DNA of 64,000 nt from Octopus bimaculoides (lineage: Eukaryota): contig NC_068982.1 in assembly GCF_001194135.2 (NCBI RefSeq), forward strand, positions 182,807 through 246,806, given 5' to 3'. Under the pieces are notes generated by a model, which worked only from the letters and a program-made list of their open reading frames with translations, ran no database searches and had not been told where the DNA came from. Below are positions 63,030 to 64,000 of this stretch, in pieces. Position 1 is the first letter of the stretch, and every line of letters starts with the position of its first letter. The translations under genes were made by a program, and so were the position numbers.

Positions 63030-63560
63030 TTGTCATTCCTCAGGCATCAAGGTGCAGGAAAAACTCTAGTGTTTGTAGATGACAAGTTCACTGTAGACGC
63101 TGAAATGAATCACAAATTCTCAACATACAACCCTTCTGACACCCTCCATGTTTGACACTAAGACTCCAGCCTCTGTGATGGTATTTGGAACCATGGCAAG
63201 TGATGGGAATGTCATGGATCCCCACTTCATTGAGTCTGGCTTGAAGACTGGCACAAGAAGAACTCTGTTACTTTGGATAGAGCAGAAGTTTAGGCTTGAC
63301 AATGTGGTGCTTATCCAAGATTCTGCACCATGCCATGGGTCAAAAGCAACACAAGCCTTCCTTGAGGAGAAGGTGCCATTTTTTTTGGAGAGGTCCAACA
63401 TCTGGCCCAGTGATAGCCCAAATCTCAACCATCTCGATTACTTTTTATGGGGCACACTTCAAGGAAGGACTAATGTTTCACCACACTCAAAGTCAACACT
63501 TTGAAGACCTGCATTGTATGTGCAAACCACAAAATCAAAAGGACAGAGGTTGCAGCAGCT
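63030..63560 (+). mobile_element. IS630-Tc1-mariner relic, maT (DD37D)-like
   Basis: VFVDDKFTVDAE, PASVMVFG..ASDG, QDSAPCH, IWPSDSPNLNHLDYFLWG. Confidence 0.75.
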
Positions 63561-63966
63561 ACAAGAAAACTGTTCTTGTGTGGAGGCAGCAATAAAAGTG
63601 CATATATATGTGTGTGGGGGAGTGTGTATCTATATGCATACATATACATACACACATGCTTTACTAACTCTCCCAGCAAGACATCTACCTCGGCCCTTCT
63701 GTTTCTAATTTCTCATCAACTAGCACAAAGCCACTCCACTTAATACTATATGCCAGTGAAAGGGTTTTTGTCATGCAAAGTACTTGGTGACTGTCAGGCA
63801 TGGTCCCATGTAAAAAGCACCCAGTACACACTGTAAAGCATTAGGATGGGAATCTAGTTGCAAAAACCATGCCAAAACAGACAACGGAACCTGATACTGC
63901 TTCTGACCTTGCCATATCCCGTCAAGTTGTCTAACCCATACCAGCATGGGAAACAGGCATTAAATG

Positions 63967-64000
<34 letters not shown>

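Overview
AT-rich, intron-rich metazoan genomic DNA; the repeat families and (GAT)n-tailed RTE LINE ends suggest a coleoid cephalopod, probably Octopus (inference). Two convergent germline/genome-defence genes were reconstructed by hand from GT-AG sites and reading-frame phase. (1) The last six coding exons of FANCI lie on the + strand (731-11219). (2) A TDRD1/Vreteno-like gene lies on the - strand, with about 20 exons over 19145-58618, encoding RRM + MYND zinc finger + four extended Tudor domains; its start and stop exons are unresolved. The introns hold many transposon relics: RTE LINE fragments, tRNA-derived SINEs, a CR1/Jockey-type RT relic, mariner, Tc3-like, maT-like and piggyBac elements, a probable solo LTR, and a Helitron inserted at an A|T site inside an RTE ORF. 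The most notable observations are two minimal hammerhead ribozyme motifs in sense orientation on the TDRD1-like transcription unit, the RRM-MYND-4xTudor architecture, and a 1.5-kb CpG-rich 20-bp satellite in a FANCI intron that is open in all six frames. No rRNA, true tRNA or CRISPR features were found. Assembly gaps: 49306-49326, 52017-52028, 60969-61841.
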